DNA of 64,000 nucleotides. Source: an uncultured Planctomycetales bacterium (GTDB lineage Bacteria > Omnitrophota > Gorgyraeia > Zapsychrales > Aceulaceae). The stretch covers positions 75,002 to 139,001 of the forward strand of contig CAZYOA010000002.1 in assembly GCA_964648665.1 (NCBI GenBank), in the 5' to 3' direction. Made by a program: the position numbers and the translations under genes. Positions 14,676 through 27,711 of this stretch are shown one piece after another. Position 1 is the first letter of the stretch. Each line of letters opens with the position of its first letter. Under the pieces are notes generated by a model. That model worked only from the letters and a program-made list of their open reading frames with translations, was not told the DNA's origin and did not search any database.

Positions 14676-16319
14676 TTATTTGGATTTTAAGATCTTCTTA
14701 GCCTTTTCATCCATAACATCAGTCAAGAAAGAAATTCCAGTAACTTCTTCTGTTTCTCTGTTTCCAGCAAACAGATCGTCACGAGAAATTTCATTTAAAG
14801 AAAAACGTCTCGCACCGGCAAGCAATTGTTGCAGACCAGCCGCTAGCTTATCAGCAGCAGTCCAAGAAGCAATTGCGCCAAATGGAATATTTTTCATTTC
14901 GTCTTTTCCAACTTTCTTTTGAACATCATAATAACCTGCAAAAATCTCTTCAGGAGATGTTCCGTTCGCTTTAACAGCTGCAGGAAGTTCATTCCAGCTT
15001 CCATTAAGTTTTTCTCTTCTGTCTGGATGAAGAGCGCCTTCAATATTAGACCCTAGATAGCCAGGAATCATCAAAGAACGACCCATACAAATAAGTTTTG
15101 TAAATGGAGCACCGAGAGCTAATGCTTTGAAGATTTGGTCTTCTTTGGCTAATCCACCAGCAAAAGCCATGTCAACAACATCTTTGCCTGACTTTTTAAG
15201 AATAGAAGCATACTCATATGCTTTAGAATGAAGATGTATCGAAGGAACGCCCCAGCTTTCCATCATGTTCCATGGACTCATTCCTGTTCCACCGCCAGAA
15301 CCATCAATCGTTAAAAGATCAAGCTTGGCTTCTGTTGCATATTTAATCGACATAGCCAAAGCCTCCATGCCATAAGAACCTGTTTTAAGAGAAATTCTCT
15401 TATATCCAAGTCCCCGCAAATATTCTACAGAATTCATGAAGTTCGTGTGAACTTCTTCCTCTGACGTTAAGCTTGTGTACCCTAAACGACTATGACGGGC
15501 AAATGATTTTATTGCACCAGCTTTAAAAGCTTCTTGTACTTCGGGAACTTTTGGATTAGGGTCAACAACGTATCCTCTGTCTTTTAGAAATAGCGCATAT
15601 TCAAGTGAAGTAACTTGAATTTCTCCACCGATATCTTTTGCGCCTTGACCCCATTTAAGCTCGATAATAACTTTGTCACCGTATTTCTCAACAACATATT
15701 CAGCAACACCATTTCTTGTATCTTCAACGTTAAGCTGAACAATGATAGCGCCGTATCCGTCATAATATCTTAAAAAAGTATCAATTCTTCGATCAAGTTC
15801 AGGTGCTTTTTTAATTTTTCCGTTTTCAATCACTGATTGCTTGTCAACTCCAACGACATTTTCTCCAACAACAATTGGGTAGCCGACAAGAGCAGCGCCA
15901 ACAGAAAATGATTCCCAATATTTTGCAGCAATAAAAGTAGAACCTAGGGCACCAGTCATAATTGGAATACGTGCTTTTGTTTTGATTTCTTTTCCAAATT
16001 GAGTTTCAATGCTAACATTTGGAAAAATACAATCATCTTCTGATGTTGAAAGACCTTGAGGAAGACCATGTGCACCATAATTGTATCCTTGAATTCTAAG
16101 ATTATTGTAAGCAACGCCAAGATGAAGCGTATTAGCACTTCCGGCAGTAATTGCACCAAAATCTCTTGGATATAAAAGTTTTCTTCCCTTTAGACTGGAA
16201 AGCCATGTTTCGCATTTTCCTTTACAATCAGCACGACATAAAGTGCATAACCCTGATTCGCACGGATCTCCACGATTAACTGTTCCTAGTGCGTCATTGG
16301 TTTTGGATAAATTGAGCAT
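14676..16319 (-). CDS. FMN-binding glutamate synthase family protein (GltB domain-2-like) with an N-terminal Cys cluster
   Basis: IDGSGGGTGMSP and FAGGL blocks are typical of the glutamate synthase FMN domain. N-terminal Cys cluster: CESGLCTLCRADCKGKCETW. Confidence 0.65.
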   Translation of the reverse strand: MLNLSKTNDALGTVNRGDPCESGLCTLCRADCKGKCETWLSSLKGRKLLYPRDFGAITAGSANTLHLGVAYNNLRIQGYNYGAHGLPQGLSTSEDDCIFPNVSIETQFGKEIKTKARIPIMTGALGSTFIAAKYWESFSVGAALVGYPIVVGENVVGVDKQSVIENGKIKKAPELDRRIDTFLRYYDGYGAIIVQLNVEDTRNGVAEYVVEKYGDKVIIELKWGQGAKDIGGEIQVTSLEYALFLKDRGYVVDPNPKVPEVQEAFKAGAIKSFARHSRLGYTSLTSEEEVHTNFMNSVEYLRGLGYKRISLKTGSYGMEALAMSIKYATEAKLDLLTIDGSGGGTGMSPWNMMESWGVPSIHLHSKAYEYASILKKSGKDVVDMAFAGGLAKEDQIFKALALGAPFTKLICMGRSLMIPGYLGSNIEGALHPDRREKLNGSWNELPAAVKANGTSPEEIFAGYYDVQKKVGKDEMKNIPFGAIASWTAADKLAAGLQQLLAGARRFSLNEISRDDLFAGNRETEEVTGISFLTDVMDEKAKKILKSK

Positions 16320-16509
16320 TGCCCATCCTCCTTGTGTTGAAGTGAAATTTGAAATGGTTAGCTGATAAGCACGATATGCCTAACAATCAGGAATTATTCT
16401 AGCATAATCAGAGAATCTGAAAAGATTTTTTTTATCTGTTTTTTTTATTTGTTTTTAAGGAAAATGAAGAAAAATGTTTGCGCGCTAGACATTCTTTTTT
16501 TAAGCTGAA

Positions 16510-17517
16510 TTAAATAAAAAATGCTAAGAGTGTTTCTTCGGGAATTTCTGTGGCAAGAATTTCTTTAATAGTTTTTTTATCTGAGGATTTCCAAGAAACA
16601 ATAACAATATTGTCCTTGTTCCGATGTTTTGAATAACGCTTTGCAAGATTTGCAGCAATGAGAAGTTCTTCTTCTGATGGATTTTTTCCTTTTAAAACAA
16701 CAGTTGGGCCTTCAAAATCTTTGAGCTCAAAAACAATATCATCATTTTCTGCAAGATCAATCAGTTTATTGCTTTCGTTTTCATCACGCCCAATAATAAT
16801 CTTAAAATTTTTATTAATACGAAAATGACGACCCCATTTTAAGCCTACAATCTCAGCAAGATTTTTATAGCCATATTTAAAGCTATCTTTCATTCTCCGA
16901 GCAAAATTTTTATCTGTTAAAAGGCAACCGCCGCCTGTTGGTGTATAATTTTTAATTTGAAGAACTTTCCCCATTTTCTGTAGTTCTGATCTTGATCTTC
17001 CAGAAAAGCTACAAAGCTTTTCTCGATCAATCTTATTTTCTTTTTCAATAATCGTAGGGTCAAGAAGCTTTGCGCATAACGGTCTAAGAAGTCGTCCTTC
17101 TAGCCCGCTTTTTTCTTCAATACATTTAAGGCTATGACGCAGTTGGGACATCGGCCTTTGTCCTAGGATTTCACCAGTAAAAACAAAATCAGCATTAATT
17201 TCTTCCATGTATGCTTTTGCTTTTTTGAGATTATAAATACGACAATCAACACATGGATTAATAGCGGATCCATAACCATGTTTAGGCTTTTTGACAATCT
17301 CTAAAAAATCTTCATTGAGCTGAATAATCTTAAGCGGAATTTTAAGCTGGGCGGCAATGTCAATGGATCGAGGCTTGTCGCCACATCCCCAGGGAAGTAA
17401 GAAATGTAAACCGTAGACTTCGACTCCAAGATCAACAAGGATCTTAGTTGCTAGAGCGCTATCAAGGCCCCCGGAAATCATGCTAACTGCTTTTATTTGT
17501 TTCATAAATTTCTCCAT
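16510..17517 (-). CDS. PP-loop ATP pyrophosphatase, ThiI/MnmA-like (probable tRNA thiolation enzyme, no THUMP domain)
   Basis: SGGLDS PP-loop near the N-terminus, plus NPCVDCR and GGGCLLTD Cys motifs. Confidence 0.55.
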   Translation of the reverse strand: MEKFMKQIKAVSMISGGLDSALATKILVDLGVEVYGLHFLLPWGCGDKPRSIDIAAQLKIPLKIIQLNEDFLEIVKKPKHGYGSAINPCVDCRIYNLKKAKAYMEEINADFVFTGEILGQRPMSQLRHSLKCIEEKSGLEGRLLRPLCAKLLDPTIIEKENKIDREKLCSFSGRSRSELQKMGKVLQIKNYTPTGGGCLLTDKNFARRMKDSFKYGYKNLAEIVGLKWGRHFRINKNFKIIIGRDENESNKLIDLAENDDIVFELKDFEGPTVVLKGKNPSEEELLIAANLAKRYSKHRNKDNIVIVSWKSSDKKTIKEILATEIPEETLLAFFI

Positions 17518-17649
17518 TGAAAGAATGTATGCTATCGCAATTCATATCTGTATTCAAGACAATTTTTAGATTGCAAGAAAATCTTGCGTCGAATGTTCTT
17601 TTATGATATATATATAAATCCTAATAATTATTAAATAGCGAGTTAAAAT

Positions 17650-19380
17650 ATGGCAAAACAAAAGAAAAATAAAAAAACGATGAATGGTGCCCAAGCTTTA
17701 ATTAAATGTTTGGAAAACCAAGGTGTTGAATATATGTTTGGACTTCCAGGCGGATCTGTTATTCCAATTTTCGATGCCTTAGTCGATTCAAAAATAAAAT
17801 CTATTTTGGTTCGCCATGAACAGGCTGCGACTCACATAGCCGATGGCTATGCTCGTGTTACAGGAAAACCTGGCGTTGCTCTTGTTACGAGTGGGCCTGC
17901 AGCAACCAATACAATTACGGGCATCATGACAGCACATATGGATTCTGTTCCTATGGTTGTTTTATGCGGACAAACAATTACGCCAATGCTTGGCAAAGAT
18001 GCGTTTCAAGAAACGGATACGTTTGGTGTAAGCATGCCTGTTGTTAAACACAGCTATCTTGTTAAGAACACCAATGATCTTCCAAGAGTCATAAAGGAAG
18101 CTTTTCATCTTGCGCAGACTGGTCGGCCAGGTCCTGTTTTAATCGATCTACCAAAAGATGTTACCTCTAATGCCTTTACGGGATCGTCGTTAAATCCGAA
18201 GACAGATCTTCCAGGATATGACATTCCGGCAGCTGGTAAGAAAAGTGATATATTAAAAATTGCTAAAATGTTAAAGCAGTCAAAACGACCATTGCTACTC
18301 GTTGGCCATGGTGCTGTTATTTCTAAATCAAGCTCTTCACTTAAAAAGCTTGTCGAGAAGTTGCAGGCACCGGTTATCAATACGCTTTTAGGAAAAGGTG
18401 CTTTTCCTGAAACACATCCCTTGTCTTTGGGAATGGTTGGTATGCATGGTACAGCATATTCTAATAAAGCAATTACACTGTGCGATTTAATTTTTTCTAT
18501 CGGTTCACGTTGGGATGATCGTATTAATTCGAATAATGCAGAGTTTTGCCTGGGTGCAAAGAAAATTCATATTGATATTGATCCAGCTGAAATTGGAAAA
18601 ATTGTTAAGCCTGATGCAAGTTGCGTTGGTGATGCAAAATTAATTTTAGATGAGCTTGTAAAACATGTTTCGAAGCTCGATACTGATGAGTGGATTCGAG
18701 AGCTTGATTATCTTAAAAAAGAATATCCTCTTCATTATGACAATAAAGAAGGATTGAGTGCTCAATACGTTATCGATGAACTTTATAAAGTTACAAAAGG
18801 AAAGGCGATTGTTGCAACGGATGTTGGTCAGCATCAAATGTGGGCTGCACAATTTTATAAAAGTGATTATCCGGATCGATGGCTTTCTTCTGGTGGTGCA
18901 GGAACCATGGGTTACGGGTTTCCGGCAGCTATTGGTGCGCAATTTGGTTGCCCAAAAGACACAGTTGTCGCTATTTGCGGTGATGGTGGATTTCAGATGA
19001 CACTTTATGAATTGTCGACGATTTTTAATCATAAACTTCCGGTTAAAATTTTAATTATCGACAATAAGTATTTAGGAATGGTTCGTCAATGGCAAGAATT
19101 ATTTTTTGATAACCGCCTGTCTGGTGTTGATCTTGAAGGTAATCCAGATTTCGTTAAACTTGCTGAGGCCTATGGCGTAAAAGGATTTCATGTTGATGAT
19201 CCTAAAAATGTTAAAAAAACGTTGGAAGCTGCTATTAAGCATAAAGGTCCGGCTCTTATTCATGCGGAAGTTGTTAAGCAAGGTAACGTTTTTCCTATGG
19301 TTCCAGCAGGAAAATCTGCTCACCACATGATCATCGAGGCCCCGACACATAAACTAGAAAAACCAACAGGAAGTACATAG
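17650..19380 (+). CDS. ilvB: Acetolactate synthase large subunit
   Basis: 576 aa. ThDP-binding block [26 protein letters not shown] and an N-terminal [11 protein letters not shown] block. Followed by the small subunit. Confidence 0.9.
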   Translation: MAKQKKNKKTMNGAQALIKCLENQGVEYMFGLPGGSVIPIFDALVDSKIKSILVRHEQAATHIADGYARVTGKPGVALVTSGPAATNTITGIMTAHMDSVPMVVLCGQTITPMLGKDAFQETDTFGVSMPVVKHSYLVKNTNDLPRVIKEAFHLAQTGRPGPVLIDLPKDVTSNAFTGSSLNPKTDLPGYDIPAAGKKSDILKIAKMLKQSKRPLLLVGHGAVISKSSSSLKKLVEKLQAPVINTLLGKGAFPETHPLSLGMVGMHGTAYSNKAITLCDLIFSIGSRWDDRINSNNAEFCLGAKKIHIDIDPAEIGKIVKPDASCVGDAKLILDELVKHVSKLDTDEWIRELDYLKKEYPLHYDNKEGLSAQYVIDELYKVTKGKAIVATDVGQHQMWAAQFYKSDYPDRWLSSGGAGTMGYGFPAAIGAQFGCPKDTVVAICGDGGFQMTLYELSTIFNHKLPVKILIIDNKYLGMVRQWQELFFDNRLSGVDLEGNPDFVKLAEAYGVKGFHVDDPKNVKKTLEAAIKHKGPALIHAEVVKQGNVFPMVPAGKSAHHMIIEAPTHKLEKPTGST

Positions 19381-19388
19381 GTAATACG

Positions 19389-19892
19389 ATGAGTAAAAAA
19401 ATAAATAAAATACATACAATTAGTTTTCTTGTTGCTAATAAGCCTGGTGTTTTGGTCCGTGTTGCTTTAGTTTTTGCAAAGCGCGGATATAACATTGATT
19501 CTTTGGTTGTCTCTCCTTCTTTTAACGAGAAGTATTCTCGCATGACGATTGCAGCTCAAGGGGATCCTTCAATATTAGAGCAGATTGTTAAGCAGGCTGC
19601 AAAATTAATTGATGTTTTAAATGTTAGTGAGCATGAGCCAGAAAATGCAATTGAAAAAGAATTTGCACTTATAAAAATTCGTTGTAAACCACAGCAAAAA
19701 GCACCTCTTCAGAAAATATTGAAGAAGTACAAATCGCACATTCTTGATATAACAGAAAATACAGCTGTTGTTGAGCATACTGGCACAACTGCTGAGCTTA
19801 ACGAGCTTGAAGAAAAATTAAAGAAATATAGTCTTGTTGAAATGGTCCGAACCGGAAAAGTTCTGATGGTTCGAGGAAAAGAAGTTACCTAG
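19389..19892 (+). CDS. ilvN: Acetolactate synthase small (regulatory) subunit
   Basis: ACT-domain start HTISFLVANKPGVLVRVALVFAKRGYNIDSLVV. Length 167 aa. Confidence 0.85.
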   Translation: MSKKINKIHTISFLVANKPGVLVRVALVFAKRGYNIDSLVVSPSFNEKYSRMTIAAQGDPSILEQIVKQAAKLIDVLNVSEHEPENAIEKEFALIKIRCKPQQKAPLQKILKKYKSHILDITENTAVVEHTGTTAELNELEEKLKKYSLVEMVRTGKVLMVRGKEVT

Positions 19893-20781
19893 CGATCCAT
19901 CCGATCGAAAAAATAATTCCATAAAAAAGACAGAGTTGAACAGTAAGCCCGATGAGTTGATCAAAATCGGGCTTATTTTTTATGATAAAACTTCTTCTGA
20001 TAAGAAAAATAGCTCCTAAAAGAATTACAGATGAAAAAATTATAATTTTATGATCATGAATCGTTAAATAAATAATAATTGGAATTAATGCTGCAAGAGT
20101 AAGCGAAAGTGCATATTCAATCCTTCCGAAAGTTTTTCCAAAACGCACAACCAATGTTTTCTTATTCACTTGTTTGTCAGTTTCAAAATCTCTAACATTG
20201 TTTATTGCTAGAATTGACATCGCAAGAAGCCCTGGGCCAAATCCAGCCAAAACAACAGCTGCGTTTATTTCAAGTGTTTGCGCATAATATGTTCCGCCGA
20301 CTGCAATAGGGCCAAAAAATAATAAAACTAATATGTCGCCAAAACCTTGATATCCTAGAGGTTTCTTTCCGGCTGTATAAAATATTGCAGACAAAAGCGA
20401 CAAGAATGCAATGACGAAAATAGGCCAACCAGCTCTAGAAATTAAATAAATACAAATAGGAATAAGACATAATAGCGCAACATCAATAGCGCTTTTTATC
20501 TCCTTTTGGCTGATGCTGCCAACCAATATGCTTCGCATTGGATCAAAGTCCCCTTTTTTATCTGCGCCTTTTTTAAGATCACAATAATCATTAGTTAAAT
20601 TAGTTATAATATGAATTAAAATAGCGCCTAGGAGAGCCGCAAATGCTGTTGGAAAGTGTGCAATGCCATCGCCAAAGGCCATCGAAGTTCCAACGACAAT
20701 TGGAGTTGTAGAAATGAGAAAAGAACTCGGCCGAGTTGCCAAGAACCATTTTTTAATTAGAGATATTTTTTGATTACTCAT
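19885..20781 (-). CDS. menA: 1,4-dihydroxy-2-naphthoate polyprenyltransferase (UbiA family)
   Basis: Polytopic membrane protein with NDYCDLKKGADK (NDxxDxxxGxD) and a second Asp-rich loop NNVRDFETD. Confidence 0.7.
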   Translation of the reverse strand: MSNQKISLIKKWFLATRPSSFLISTTPIVVGTSMAFGDGIAHFPTAFAALLGAILIHIITNLTNDYCDLKKGADKKGDFDPMRSILVGSISQKEIKSAIDVALLCLIPICIYLISRAGWPIFVIAFLSLLSAIFYTAGKKPLGYQGFGDILVLLFFGPIAVGGTYYAQTLEINAAVVLAGFGPGLLAMSILAINNVRDFETDKQVNKKTLVVRFGKTFGRIEYALSLTLAALIPIIIYLTIHDHKIIIFSSVILLGAIFLIRRSFIIKNKPDFDQLIGLTVQLCLFYGIIFSIGWIAR

Positions 20782-21718
20782 TTTCTTTTAGGAAGTGATC
20801 TACTTCAACGGCAGCCATGCAGCCAGAGCCAGCCGCAGTAATAGCTTGGCGATAAATTTTATCCTGAACATCTCCACAAGCAAAAACGCCTGGAATGCTT
20901 GTCTGTGTTGTGCCTGGCTTTGTGTTGACATATCCAGCTTTATCAGTTTCAAGCTGTTTTTCTAGAAAATCTGTATTTGGCTTATGTCCAACAGCATAGA
21001 AAAGACCTGAGACATCAATTATTTCTTCTTCTGATGTTTTTGCGTGTTTTGTTTTAAGAGATGTCAAGAATTGTTCTCCCTTTGCTTCGACAACATGTGT
21101 TTCCCATACCATCTCAATTTTATCATTATTCAAAACACGTTCTTGCATAATTTTTGATGCACGTAAAACATCGCGCCTAACAAATACCAGCACCTTACTT
21201 GCATATTTTGTTAAATGAAGCGCTTCTTCGCAGGCAGTATCTCCCCCGCCAATAATAGCTAAAACTTTATTTCGAAAAAGCGGTAAGGCGCCATCGCAAA
21301 CGGCACAAGCTGAAATCCCCTTTTGCCAGAAAGTGTCTTCGCCAACAATTGAAAGTCTTTTAGCTGTAGCCCCTGTTGCGATAATAATTGATTTGGTTTC
21401 AATACATTCTTGATCAATAAAAACCTTAAATGGGCGAGATGATAAATCAACCTTTGTGGCAGTTTTTGTTTCAATGCGAGTTCCACATTTTATAGCTTGA
21501 GCTCGCATTTTATCCATAAGCTCGAGACCAGCAATGCCTTCTTCGAATCCTGGAAAATTTTCAATATCCGTTGTTGTTGTTAGCTGGCCTCCTGCGGCAA
21601 CGCCGCCTGCCATCATACCCTCAAACATCAATGGCTTTAATTCAGCGCGTCCTGTATAAATAGCTGCTGTTTGAGCTGCAGGACCAGATCCAATGATAAC
21701 AATATTCTCAACATTCAT
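20774..21718 (-). CDS. trxB: Thioredoxin-disulfide reductase
   Basis: GSGPAA FAD site, redox-active CAVCDG, NADPH site GGGDTACEEA. Length 314 aa. Confidence 0.9.
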   Translation of the reverse strand: MNVENIVIIGSGPAAQTAAIYTGRAELKPLMFEGMMAGGVAAGGQLTTTTDIENFPGFEEGIAGLELMDKMRAQAIKCGTRIETKTATKVDLSSRPFKVFIDQECIETKSIIIATGATAKRLSIVGEDTFWQKGISACAVCDGALPLFRNKVLAIIGGGDTACEEALHLTKYASKVLVFVRRDVLRASKIMQERVLNNDKIEMVWETHVVEAKGEQFLTSLKTKHAKTSEEEIIDVSGLFYAVGHKPNTDFLEKQLETDKAGYVNTKPGTTQTSIPGVFACGDVQDKIYRQAITAAGSGCMAAVEVDHFLKENE

Positions 21719-22835
21719 TTTTATCCTCCAAATTTATTTTAGAAAAACTTGGGTGCAAATCAACGTGTTTTTTTATGACAACTTTTTCGCTCTCTAGATC
21801 CATTTGCGAATCGCACTGCTCTTCTTTTTTAATTAATTCATCCAAGCTCTTATCCGATTTTATTTTAAATCCAGCATCTTTAATCATTTGCAATGTTTTT
21901 CTTCGGCTTAATCCTTTAGCATTTAAATAGCCATCCATAAAAATAGAATTTGCAGGATAAAGACCAAAAGCCTGAAGGTCGCGCAGATGATATTCTCGTC
22001 CAGCCGCGATACGAAGTTCAACCTTTGGATTTAAGAAGCGATATAGGCAAAGAATGCGTAAACATAATCGTGGTGTTAGCTCGTTAGCTTTGGTCAAAAC
22101 ATTCCCCTCGATAGGCAATAAAAAGTTCACAGGAATTGATTTAACATTCTCAAAACTTCTCAACGTCAAAGCCGCATCGATAATGTCTTGTGTTGTTTCA
22201 CCCATGCCGATAATAACACCAGAGCAAATATCGAGTCCTGCGCTTTGAGCAGCATTAAGAGTTTCTATTCTTTTTTCAAAAGAATGTGTTGTGCAAATAT
22301 TCTTATAGTGCTCAGAAGAACTGTTGATATTGTGATTTAATCGATTAAGACCTGCATCTTTTAAAATTTCTGCTTCTTTCTGTGTTATAAATCCCGGTGA
22401 AACACAAACTTCAATTGGAAATTTTGATTTAATCTCTTGAATAATCTTAACTAGGGATTGAATTCTACTTTCAGGCTGACATCTTCCAGAAAATACCATA
22501 CAATAGCGAAAAGCTCCTGCTTTGTACGCCTGCTCAGCTTCTTTTAAAATTTCTTCATCGCTTTTCATTGAATATTTTTCAATTTCTGCGCTAGAAGATT
22601 TTGATTGTGCACAATAATGACAGTCTTCAGAACAAGAGCCGTTTTGAACATTGTTAATAATGTGAATTGTGACGTCGTTCTGCCAGTATTTAAATCGTAA
22701 CTTATAGGCAGATTGAAGTAGTTCCAAGATTTGAACTTTTGGAGAATTTAAGATAACATCGCATTCATCTGGAGATAATATTTCGCCAGAGAGACTCTTC
22801 TTTTCAATTTGAGTGTAAAAATTAGAATTAATCAT
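21708..22835 (-). CDS. bioB: Biotin synthase (radical SAM), with a C-terminal extension
   Basis: CSEDCHYCAQS radical-SAM cluster motif, plus LNHNINSS and GVIIGMGET blocks. Confidence 0.7.
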   Translation of the reverse strand: MINSNFYTQIEKKSLSGEILSPDECDVILNSPKVQILELLQSAYKLRFKYWQNDVTIHIINNVQNGSCSEDCHYCAQSKSSSAEIEKYSMKSDEEILKEAEQAYKAGAFRYCMVFSGRCQPESRIQSLVKIIQEIKSKFPIEVCVSPGFITQKEAEILKDAGLNRLNHNINSSSEHYKNICTTHSFEKRIETLNAAQSAGLDICSGVIIGMGETTQDIIDAALTLRSFENVKSIPVNFLLPIEGNVLTKANELTPRLCLRILCLYRFLNPKVELRIAAGREYHLRDLQAFGLYPANSIFMDGYLNAKGLSRRKTLQMIKDAGFKIKSDKSLDELIKKEEQCDSQMDLESEKVVIKKHVDLHPSFSKINLEDKNEC

Positions 22836-22920
22836 TGTTGTATTCTAATGCAATGTTCATAAAAAATCAAACACTTAACTAATAATATTTCTAAAAGATC
22901 TTGCTATTAATACTAATATT

Positions 22921-24741
22921 ATGTATATTAATTTTATGAAAAAAAGACATACCTTTCATATTCCTGTCATGGGAACTGGGTTCACTATTGATACACCTAT
23001 AAAAGTTGCTAAATATGGCATATCCTCGGTTATTTCGCTTGTAGATGACACACTAATTGAGCAAATGAGAAAGTTTTATGCAAAGCTTTATAAGGAAGAC
23101 TATAGAGAAATCAAAAAAGGTGATCCAGATCATCGTGCAAGACGAATTACAGAATACTTAAATCTTGTTGATCGAATTGTTAAAAAGCAAATTTCTGATC
23201 TTAAGGTCTCTGCTTTTGAGACTGGAAGTGAAATTACAAAATATTTTGAACTCCTTCCTGATACTTCACCTTTTAAAAAGATTTATCAAAAAATGCTTCT
23301 AACTCAAGATTCTCAAACTAAACAAAAACTTCAAGATGAGTTGCGTGAAAATATAAGATCTGGAAGCATTGATGTCAACATCATGACAAAGTTAGACCGC
23401 ACAAACTATGATCAAAGCGGCAAAGAGCTTTCAGCAGAATTTTCAGATGCACTTGCAGCGTTTCGTGGTTATGCGCAAAGCACTTTGGAATCAGCAATTG
23501 TATTCTCAGCTGGATTTAATCGAAGACTGTATAGCTATATTGAGAATTTTAAAGATTTTTATTCTGATGCTGCTGGAAAGATAAAAAAGAAGATTATTTT
23601 AAAAGTTAGTGATCATCGCTCTTGTGTTACTCAAGGTAAATTTTTAGCTAAAAAAGGGTTGTGGGTTTCTGAATATCGCATTGAATCTAGTCTTAATTGT
23701 GGAGGGCATGCATTTATTTCAGATGGTTTTCTTCTTGGTCCCGTTCTTGAAGAGATAAAAGTAAAACGTGATGAATTTTTTTCTGGAATTAAAAATATTT
23801 ATCAAGAAGCTATTAAATTAAAGAATGAACTAGCGCCTCCTCCTTCTGACCCAAAAATTACAATTCAAGGTGGCATTGGTACGTTTGAAGAAGATCAATT
23901 TTTGATGAATCACTATAATATTGATGAAACCGGTTGGGCGACACCCTTTCTTCTTGCTCCTGAAATTGTTAATGTTGATGAGTCGACTTTAAAAAAATTA
24001 TGCAACGCCACCGAGGATGATCTTTATTTAAGTAATTGTTCGCCGATTGGAGTTCCATTCAATAATCTTAGAAGTGCTCCAAGCAATGTAGCTCAAGAAG
24101 ACCGAGTCAAAAATGGTCGCCCTGGAAGCAGTTGCTTTAAAGGACATCTTAAACTTAATACAGAGTTTACAGATTTGCCGATTTGTGTTGCTTCGCGACA
24201 ATACCAAAAATTAAAACTTGAGCAAATCGAAAATTCTGACAACAAAGATGGTTTACCTTTAAAAGAAGACATTGTTGCTAAAACTTGTATTTGTCATGAT
24301 CTTAGCGCGGCTGCATTGATCGCTAATAACATTGAAACAAAATATCCTTTAAATCCTGCGATTTGCCCGGGCCCAAATCTTGCCTACTTCTCAAAATTAA
24401 CAACATTAAAAGAGATGACTGATCATATTTATGGACGAATTAATTTGTTAAATTCAAAATATCGTCAACATATTTTTGTTAAAGAACTTGAGCTTTATGT
24501 GAATTCTTTTATTAGAGAAATTAAACTTTGCAAATGCACGTTAACTAATAAACAAATTGCATATTTTAATGGATTTAAGAAGAATCTAACAGACGGCATT
24601 GATTATTACTGCGATTTATTCTCAAAAATTTTGCAAGATGCACAAGATCAGCAAGCGCGAATTTTAGATGAATTAAAAGAATTTCGTTCTAAAGTTGACA
24701 GCATCATTCCTGCTGAAGACAATCCCCTTCGAAAAAAATAA
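22921..24741 (+). CDS. Conserved-looking hypothetical protein, 606 aa, function unknown
   Basis: Long ORF with coding-like composition. Motifs HIPVMGTGFTIDTPIKVAKYGISSVISLVDD, ESSLNCGGHAF and QGGIGT. I recognise no family. The start could instead be ATG 22936 (MKKRH). Confidence 0.6.
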   Translation: MYINFMKKRHTFHIPVMGTGFTIDTPIKVAKYGISSVISLVDDTLIEQMRKFYAKLYKEDYREIKKGDPDHRARRITEYLNLVDRIVKKQISDLKVSAFETGSEITKYFELLPDTSPFKKIYQKMLLTQDSQTKQKLQDELRENIRSGSIDVNIMTKLDRTNYDQSGKELSAEFSDALAAFRGYAQSTLESAIVFSAGFNRRLYSYIENFKDFYSDAAGKIKKKIILKVSDHRSCVTQGKFLAKKGLWVSEYRIESSLNCGGHAFISDGFLLGPVLEEIKVKRDEFFSGIKNIYQEAIKLKNELAPPPSDPKITIQGGIGTFEEDQFLMNHYNIDETGWATPFLLAPEIVNVDESTLKKLCNATEDDLYLSNCSPIGVPFNNLRSAPSNVAQEDRVKNGRPGSSCFKGHLKLNTEFTDLPICVASRQYQKLKLEQIENSDNKDGLPLKEDIVAKTCICHDLSAAALIANNIETKYPLNPAICPGPNLAYFSKLTTLKEMTDHIYGRINLLNSKYRQHIFVKELELYVNSFIREIKLCKCTLTNKQIAYFNGFKKNLTDGIDYYCDLFSKILQDAQDQQARILDELKEFRSKVDSIIPAEDNPLRKK

Positions 24742-24747
24742 ATAAAT

Positions 24748-26920
<2,173 letters not shown>

Positions 26921-26955
26921 GAGTACTCCTTTTTAATTTACTAATAAGAAATATT

Positions 26956-26983
26956 ATTATAAACCCCTTCTTTTCTCTGTCAA
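26956..26983 (-). promoter_or_regulatory. Near-consensus sigma70-type promoter for the redoxin-thiC operon
   Basis: Minus strand: TTGACA (26983-26978), 16-nt spacer, TATAAT (26961-26956), about 35 nt upstream of ATG 26920. Confidence 0.5.
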
Positions 26984-27060
26984 GGACAAACCCGAGTGTC
27001 TTTTAGTTGCTTTTTAGTTTATTTTATTTATAATAAGAAAAGTTTACGAAAGGATTTTTA

Positions 27061-27708
27061 GTGAATAATTCAAATGTTTTTATAAGACAAATTCCAATTG
27101 GACCCATGCAAAACTTTGCTTATTTTCTAGGAGATAAAGAATCTAAAGAAATTGCTATTGTTGATCCTGGATGGGATGTTGATTTATTGTGTGATGAAGC
27201 AAAGAAAGATAATTTAAAAGTTGTATCAATTCTTTTGACTCACGGCCATTATGATCATGCTGACGGCGTTAATGATCTTGTAGATCGATACAATATTCCT
27301 GCATATATTTCTGAAAAAGAACTTCCACTTTATATTAGTGATTATAAGAATTTATCAAAAGTAAAAGATAGAGAAAGAATTGCAATCGGAAGCATTGAAG
27401 TTGAATGTATTTTAACGCCAGGCCATACCCCAGGATGCCAATGTTTTTACGTTCCGGGACATTTGATTACTGGAGATACTCTCTTCGTTCATGGATGCGG
27501 TCGCTGTGACCTTCCTGGCGGGGATGCAAAGCAAATGTATAATTCTTTATACAACATAATAAAGAAGCTACCTGATGAAACAATAACATATCCTGGACAT
27601 CTTTACGGTCGATCAACGACAGCAACGCTTAAGATTCAAAAAGAAACTAATCCTTATTTGCAAAGTTCCAGCTTAGAAGACTTCTTATCAAAACGAATGG
27701 GGCTTTAA
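27061..27708 (+). CDS. MBL-fold metallo-hydrolase (hydroxyacylglutathione hydrolase-like)
   Basis: THGHYDHADG metal motif and a later TPGHTPG block. GTG start preceded by AAAGGA. Confidence 0.7.
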   Translation: MNNSNVFIRQIPIGPMQNFAYFLGDKESKEIAIVDPGWDVDLLCDEAKKDNLKVVSILLTHGHYDHADGVNDLVDRYNIPAYISEKELPLYISDYKNLSKVKDRERIAIGSIEVECILTPGHTPGCQCFYVPGHLITGDTLFVHGCGRCDLPGGDAKQMYNSLYNIIKKLPDETITYPGHLYGRSTTATLKIQKETNPYLQSSSLEDFLSKRMGL

Positions 27709-27711
27709 GGA

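Noticed and set aside
18105-19543. Antisense or alternative-frame ORFs within ilvB/ilvN (18105-18380, 18646-19032, 18758-19000, 19099-19350, 19331-19543).
   Set aside because: They are nested in a textbook acetolactate synthase gene and have no independent support.
26921-27060. TPP riboswitch ahead of the redoxin-thiC unit.
   Set aside because: No CUGAGA or pyrimidine-sensor helix consensus is present. The region is explained by a promoter and a short leader.
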